The position numbers and the translations under genes were made by a program. A model generated the notes under the pieces. That model searched no databases and had not been told where the DNA came from. It saw nothing but the letters and a program-made list of their open reading frames with translations. Positions 60,801 through 64,000 of a stretch of 64,000 nucleotides of DNA are shown here, piece by piece. The stretch lies in NCBI GenBank assembly GCA_037379345.1, contig CM074518.1, positions 17,546,001 through 17,610,000 on the forward strand, given 5' to 3'. The DNA comes from Perna viridis (Eukaryota). Numbering within the stretch: the first letter of the stretch is position 1; each line of letters opens with the position of its first letter.

Positions 60801-63755
60801 ATCAAACAAATTTCTAGAAAATGTTTGTAATATTTCTAAATAATATAAAAATAGAATAGCCTTAATCTATTAGAAAATATTACATAAATACATCTGTAAT
60901 AGGGGAAAATAAGAACCACAACTCACCGCATCCTCTACAGCTAGTGTTACTTCTTCTTTTAAGGAATTAACCTGACCTAAATTGTCAAACATGGAAATGT
61001 TGTCCATTGACCTTTTACAAACCTGAAAAACAGACGCACATTAAATTGAGAGTACCAAGTGCCCTACCAGAACCTACCTAAAGCATCCTGGTAATGGGTG
61101 TGAAATTTTCTAATACTAGATAATACTAATACTATTTTTAGTTTTACGAATCAGCTGACTCTAATTATTTGCAATTTGGAAAAAAAATAAAATGACTCAT
61201 TTCGTTTTTTTTTATAATTTTTTCCAACCGACTCGGTCCTTTGCTGTTTCAAAAAAAATAAAAGGTTAAAGGTTATTGACTATATCTTTAATAGTCTTAA
61301 TCTTTATTGCACTTGAAAGACATAACAGTTTTTATGGTAAAAACCATGTTGTTTACTGTTTTGAATACTTTGAAGCGAAGAGATCTGAACAGTAAGCACA
61401 GGAAAGATGCATTCATGGTCTGCATCGTTGTGTATAATCCTGGTCTTAAAACAATTAAAAACAAATTTAGAAAGGTCCAAACTGATTCTACGATAGGCCA
61501 GACTATATCTGACGAATTAGATCCGGACCTACTAATAGAAAAAATATATGGAAATAGTGCTTACATTCATGGACAGGGCCACAGTACGTTAGTTCCTCCA
61601 CAGAAGTAGCAACTAACTTGCCTGTGGGAGTGATGAGTGAAATGGGGTATAAATACCTATACATTTATTGCTTGACAAATAATAAAAAGAATGTTCAACT
61701 CTATTTCTGTTTAATATTTAGGAAAAAGTGGGAAAAAAGAAGGCAGGTCCTAGAACCTTGTGGGCAGAATATCAACACATTATTTTAAAATGGTTGAAAC
61801 AATGTCAGACAGAAAGAAAACAACACAATTTCCAATGCACAAACACAAATTCAACCTATTTTGTCTTAAAACCATATTAAATACGTTCAGAAAAGTATTA
61901 TCTTTAACAAACAAAAAAAAAATCTTAAAAAATAAAAAAAAAATTCCAAAATGTCTCTCTCTCTTTTTTTTTTTTTATTTCATCCTCCTACTCATGACTT
62001 TGGTGAAATAATTTTGTAAAACTAAAAATTAAAAAACAATGGCCTTATCTCATTCAAACCCATCAAGACAGTTCAGTTACGGGGAGAAAACAATAGATAG
62101 GGACAGACAGAAAGCTGAATTCTGTAACCTCCACTTAAGAGAAAGGTGTAAAATAAGTTAAAACCCTTGAATATATACGTACATTTAAAGCCTTTTGTAT
62201 GTCTTGTAAATTGAACCTTCCAGGTTGAAAGATATGTTGTATGTAGACTTCTCTAGGATCCTTGTGAGCAGGAACTAATAATTCATCACCCTCTGGTGTT
62301 TCTAAAATTATATCTGTCCAACCAATACCCTTCAGGTCCCTGAAGATAAATTTTCAGACATTTTGTAAACCTTATGTACATGTTTGATCTAAAATTTGAA
62401 TATTAATTTTAAGTACCACATACATTTAACTTTAAATTTATTTGCTTACAGTGACACACTAGAGGTACACTGTCAAGCAGACATATAAAAAACCAACAAT
62501 TCATAAAGGCAGGATGTCTGAAATTTCTATTAAACCAAAAAATATGAAGATATCTAAATTTAGACATGCCTTTGGTGAGCTGAAAAAAAAACCTGAGAAG
62601 ATTTGGAAAAGAGCTGAAACAGGGGAATTAGTCTGGCAAAAACATCATTTTCAAGCTGCTCATACAAAATCCAGCACGTGTTGATTTTTTGTTTCTGAAT
62701 CTAGCTTTAAAGCAGAAGAAAATCATGCCTGCTAAGACTACAACTGGTGAAGGCAGAACAACATTAATAAATCAGTACCTCAGTCTAGCGATGCTTTCCC
62801 CAGATTTATCTGTACATAGTACCATAAGTTGTTCATCTGTAGAACAGTAGTCTATCAAATCATCCTGGAAAGAAGCAAAACAACAAATGTAAAAAAGTCA
62901 ATCAAGTGAATCGAGTAAAAGTTTCCGTTATAACAGTGAAAATACTTTTATGCAAGAATAAATATATTTAATGTGCATACTGTTAAAATATGATAATCTC
63001 ATTTGATAATTGGTTTTTACATGTGAGGTTTCATGAGTAGATCAAACACATCTTCGAGCTTTTTATACAGGCCACACCTTCAATAAATGGACTATTTTTA
63101 TTACAGTAATTTGCATATTTGCTATGACTATGTAAAATGTTGCATTGTACAATAGGAGAAACATATGAAATGTTATTTTTAGAAATGAATGTTTCATTTT
63201 TGATGTTTCATCAGCTTGTAAAAGCTTTGACAAGTCACACATTTTGGACATGATAGAGAACTTTATAGAAAATGTGCTGGGGTCAACACTTTTACACCAT
63301 GATGAAACATCCAAAATGAAACATTCAATTATTAACACAGGTAATAATTTTTTTGTGAGTTAAGGATTTAAGATGCAGCAGGGTTCACCTGTAATAAAGA
63401 GGTCAATACTACAATCTAAAGAGGTCTTATTAATAGATATGGAAAGGATGGCTTCAAGTCGAAGAGGGAGGAACGAACATGTAGTTTCACCACAATCCAA
63501 CTCTAAGATTGGGTATATGATGTCACTTGTAATTTTTCATCATTGCTGAAAAACAATTGTCAGTTCACTTCTTTCTTTGCATTCAATCTAGAAGAAAAGC
63601 GCAAGCACAAGAAAAAAATATCCATTCCTTCCTTTCATCGATTTTTACATAGGATGTTACTTTAACAACAATTGTATTACCTCACTTCCATGAACAGTAG
63701 CTGCATGATAAATTTGTAGTCTTCCTCCAGCCATGTGTGGTTCTAAGTATACATA
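33767..63755 (-). CDS. NUP160: Nuclear pore complex protein Nup160, 27 exons; 5' part outside the window
   Basis: The exons join in one frame (3234 nt). Diagnostic segments that I recognise from vertebrate NUP160 are DPREVYIQHIFQPGRF, WSKFYSCCVQYQE, LWP...FPEFLMKTCQYLPLQQY...WC....HRFMLG, DCLRQLLVTLSER...FPYVDL...ILESRARSVDL..NYYDLLYAFH...RKAGSVMYEHGMRL, CYLAAINALRLVKPDYAWIVKP, SPKRWHDG, LPTWLVNSYK and WLPYTYIDQLL. Confidence 0.95.
34407..34508 (-). CDS. NUP160: NUP160 exon
   Basis: GCVSHRAQTSWLPYTYIDQLLHGLKDCRNGRACE. Confidence 0.9.
35351..35488 (-). CDS. NUP160: NUP160 exon
   Basis: KLNMSELLKIYIDFDLLEDGVILTMEYIDAV...FGLK. Confidence 0.9.
36569..36672. repeat. 21-bp minisatellite (ATAACTGCAGGATGCCAGGCT x5), intronic
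   Basis: Tandem copies are directly visible. Confidence 0.95.
36819..36960 (-). CDS. NUP160: NUP160 exon
   Basis: AADLGWSLLQGYLERY...GFPLPTWLVNSYK. Confidence 0.95.
37340..37447 (-). CDS. NUP160: NUP160 exon
   Basis: CVNLARSNMYTATDTSSYDWLQDNNLTLTNIPQNS. Confidence 0.9.
38391..38517 (-). CDS. NUP160: NUP160 exon
   Basis: PTSGADEIVGQLVNVGLYDRAILICQLFKIKLNTVMESLTF. Confidence 0.9.
38964..39074 (-). CDS. NUP160: NUP160 exon
   Basis: SKKLEIVELADIEKEYMLVDARLRLIDKESELSFTP. Confidence 0.9.
39633..39702 (-). CDS. NUP160: NUP160 exon
   Basis: VYQEDMLGYSPKRWHDGDEKEEH. Confidence 0.9.
39911..40416 (-). mobile_element. ~500-bp non-autonomous retroposon (SINE-like), copy 1
   Basis: A 12-bp TSD GCTTATATAAGG lies at 39899-39910 and 40417-40428. 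The minus-strand 3' end is GCTGAAATATTGCTGCTCGGACGTTAAACCCC(AAAC)n. It is highly similar to 57206-57698. Confidence 0.9.
41564..41730 (-). CDS. NUP160: NUP160 exon
   Basis: GSVMYEHGMRLSRE...CYLAAINALRLVKPDYAWIVKPVQSPKPK. Confidence 0.95.
42214..42416 (-). CDS. NUP160: NUP160 exon
   Basis: RKDCLRQLLVTLSERG...NYYDLLYAFHVNKSNWRK. Confidence 0.95.
42767..42861 (-). CDS. NUP160: NUP160 exon (its acceptor is the unit of the 46-bp array)
   Basis: ATLWSKVFKYELELEHNEEAYKAMVDNPDPS. Confidence 0.9.
42832..43690. repeat. 46-bp minisatellite, left block (~18 units), containing the NUP160 3' splice site
   Basis: The unit is CTTAAATAC(C/T)TTGGACCACAGTGT(A/T)GCCTACAACAGACAAGTCATA. Confidence 0.97.
43691..46662 (+). 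mobile_element. RTE-clade non-LTR retrotransposon (APE endonuclease + RT); 5' UTR present, 3'-truncated, inactive
   Basis: ORF 44372-46078 has APE motifs (TIGTW.VRT, ILGLS.VRW, IQVYAPT, LGDLNAKVG, SDHHLV). It continues in the same frame past one TAG into RT (QAGFR, NFIDFQKAFDS, GVRQGCILSPLLF, FADD) and stops abruptly at ...KRTGLYI. Confidence 0.93.
43704..43907 (+). ncRNA. Degenerate HDV-like (CPEB3/delta-family) ribozyme fold in the LINE 5' UTR
   Basis: P2 CTCCTTCA/TGAAGGGG; P3 GCC/GGT; L3 TCCCCGA; P1.1 GG; P4 CTTGGGT/ACTCAAG; J4/2 GCTAA. P1 pairing is mismatched in this copy. Confidence 0.6.
46663..47456. repeat. 46-bp minisatellite, right block (~17 units)
   Basis: The same unit resumes directly after the truncated LINE. 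Confidence 0.97.
47471..47760. mobile_element. TA-flanked MITE-like element (TACTGT...ACAGTA)
   Basis: The termini TACTGTGTAAAGGT / ACCTGCTATACAGTA are imperfectly complementary. Confidence 0.45.
48102..48197 (-). CDS. NUP160: NUP160 exon
   Basis: VLKQFEEFGAPDVVVSFAKTAISIADDDDPDV. Confidence 0.9.
48563..48695 (-). CDS. NUP160: NUP160 exon
   Basis: EPQKAAKCFTEAREGVAHEPFL...LFYLK. Confidence 0.9.
49557..49712 (-). CDS. NUP160: NUP160 exon
   Basis: WPMNESFTFPEFLMKTCQYLPLQQYVNQLSIWCEMNAASHRFMLGMAYLHF. Confidence 0.9.
49827..50004. mobile_element. TA-flanked MITE of the same family as 29205-29947
   Basis: TACTGTGAAAG...CTTTCACAGTA TIR. Confidence 0.7.
50392..50545. repeat. Degenerate minisatellite (CAACTCTA.TTCCTGAAGT.AA.TG, ~4 units)
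   Basis: Repeated cores are visible at ~50393, 50454, 50488 and 50523. Confidence 0.7.
50595..50751 (-). CDS. NUP160: NUP160 exon (followed by a U12-type donor)
   Basis: SQNVTITELFLMDVGG...LAKFTAQL; donor TT|gtatccttt. Confidence 0.85.
51147..52818. repeat. 41-bp minisatellite, ~40 copies, intronic
   Basis: The unit is CCTCAGTACTGATATTAGTGACAGGTGTTTTCTAGTGGCTA. Confidence 0.97.
52936..53003 (-). CDS. NUP160: NUP160 exon
   Basis: EFNMRQLASLELGQGYIGTQKG. Confidence 0.9.
53677..53922. repeat. 41-bp minisatellite x6 containing a NUP160 5' splice site
   Basis: The unit (minus strand) is TGTGGCAAGCTCCACCTATACCAGCTCAAT|gtaagattctt. Confidence 0.97.
53893..54026 (-). CDS. NUP160: NUP160 exon
   Basis: IGINQGTADEIVHEFIPQSCTMVQSYITLKWTTETVASSTYTSS. 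Confidence 0.9.
54689..54808. repeat. 30/31-bp minisatellite x4 containing a NUP160 5' splice site
   Basis: The unit (minus strand) is GATAAG|gttagcaggg(a/g)tttcattat. Confidence 0.95.
54802..54962 (-). CDS. NUP160: NUP160 exon
   Basis: VNANQNFLCERLLSSAAGVEIVSKTLQQIADTRLRVVRDVVILLLAALRLQDK. Confidence 0.9.
55737..55879 (-). CDS. NUP160: NUP160 exon
   Basis: LIDCSTAADSLGALLQ...QEYMMDDS. Confidence 0.85.
56413..56578 (-). CDS. NUP160: NUP160 exon
   Basis: MTLKNDIGTLSMCLQLIEGKL...AEQIVDELFFNT. Confidence 0.85.
57206..57698 (-). mobile_element. ~500-bp non-autonomous retroposon (SINE-like), copy 2
   Basis: A 14-bp TSD AGTA(G/C)ATTACATAG lies at 57192-57205 and 57699-57712. It has the same 5' end, body and AAC-rich tail as copy 1. 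Confidence 0.9.
57812..57908 (-). CDS. NUP160: NUP160 exon
   Basis: GSISYIRPCDRIEDLFLGSGHWTLDQDDNDMH. Confidence 0.85.
58010..58850 (-). mobile_element. HINE/Helentron-like repeat with internal tandem units
   Basis: It has GCTCACCTGG ... GGCAATAGCTCACATGG subterminal motifs. Repeated AAAAATGTTGAA.AAGGGCA.TAACT.CAAC (58215, 58532) and GTGGCCATGTTTTT...ATCAAAAATCC (58388, 58649) occur inside. Confidence 0.55.
59327..59392 (-). CDS. NUP160: NUP160 exon
   Basis: VGSRMMGLFADAVTGMICVIKK. Confidence 0.85.
60183..60287 (-). CDS. NUP160: NUP160 exon
   Basis: IRTAASANELAEEDYYQLQLDQWSKFYSCCVQYQE. Confidence 0.9.
60927..61022 (-). CDS. NUP160: NUP160 exon
   Basis: VCKRSMDNISMFDNLGQVNSLKEEVTLAVEDA. 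Confidence 0.9.
62183..62339 (-). CDS. NUP160: NUP160 exon
   Basis: DLKGIGWTDII...KDPREVYIQHIFQPGRFNLQDIQKALN. Confidence 0.9.
62779..62864 (-). CDS. NUP160: NUP160 exon
   Basis: DDLIDYCSTDEQLMVLCTDKSGESIARL. Confidence 0.8.
63681..63755 (-). CDS. NUP160: NUP160 exon
   Basis: YVYLEPHMAGGRLQIYHAATVHGSE; cag|...|gtaata. Confidence 0.7.
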
Positions 63756-64000
63756 CTGATAATAGAAATACATGTATAAATGTTCAGTTTTATATTTTAT
63801 CATTCTCTTTTGAGAGACACTTTTTTGTAAGAGAAGTTGACCCAAAAATGCAGTTGTAGAAATCTTCAACAGAAAAAGTTCATCTGTATTTTTCTTCACC
63901 CCCCTTTTTTTAGATGCAACTTTAAATACATGCAAGTGATTTTACTCCTGTGTTCCATAAACATACTGCACTTATTGACATAACTATTTTAATAATAAGC

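Overview
This is AT-rich, repeat-rich, intron-containing animal DNA. The repeat families suggest a bivalve mollusc such as Mytilus, but that is inference. Bases 1-20,500 contain no supportable gene, only transposon debris: a broken BEL/Pao LTR element, Penelope-like RT fragments, a hAT/DUF4371 remnant, Helentron-like repeats and an assembly gap. Two convergent genes follow. The first is an 8-exon plus-strand group-B bHLH factor (TCFL5/SOHLH-like, 432 aa by my exon joining, 21585-32448). The second is the 3' 27 exons of NUP160 on the minus strand (33767-63755; 1077 codons plus stop, with a continuous frame; the 5' end lies beyond the window). Five observations stand out. (1) Three NUP160 exon boundaries have each seeded a tandem array that copies the splice site itself, including about 36 copies of one 3' acceptor. 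(2) An RTE-clade LINE sits inside that array. Its 5' end is intact and carries a degenerate HDV-like ribozyme fold, while its 3' end is missing. (3) Two TSD-flanked copies of a ~500-bp retroposon have a pseudoknot/hairpin-rich 5' head with no evident tRNA-type promoter. (4) NUP160 contains a U12-type intron. (5) A TSD-flanked hAT deletion derivative and several MITEs lie in the bHLH introns. All exon joins, folds and family calls were made by eye, with no database search.
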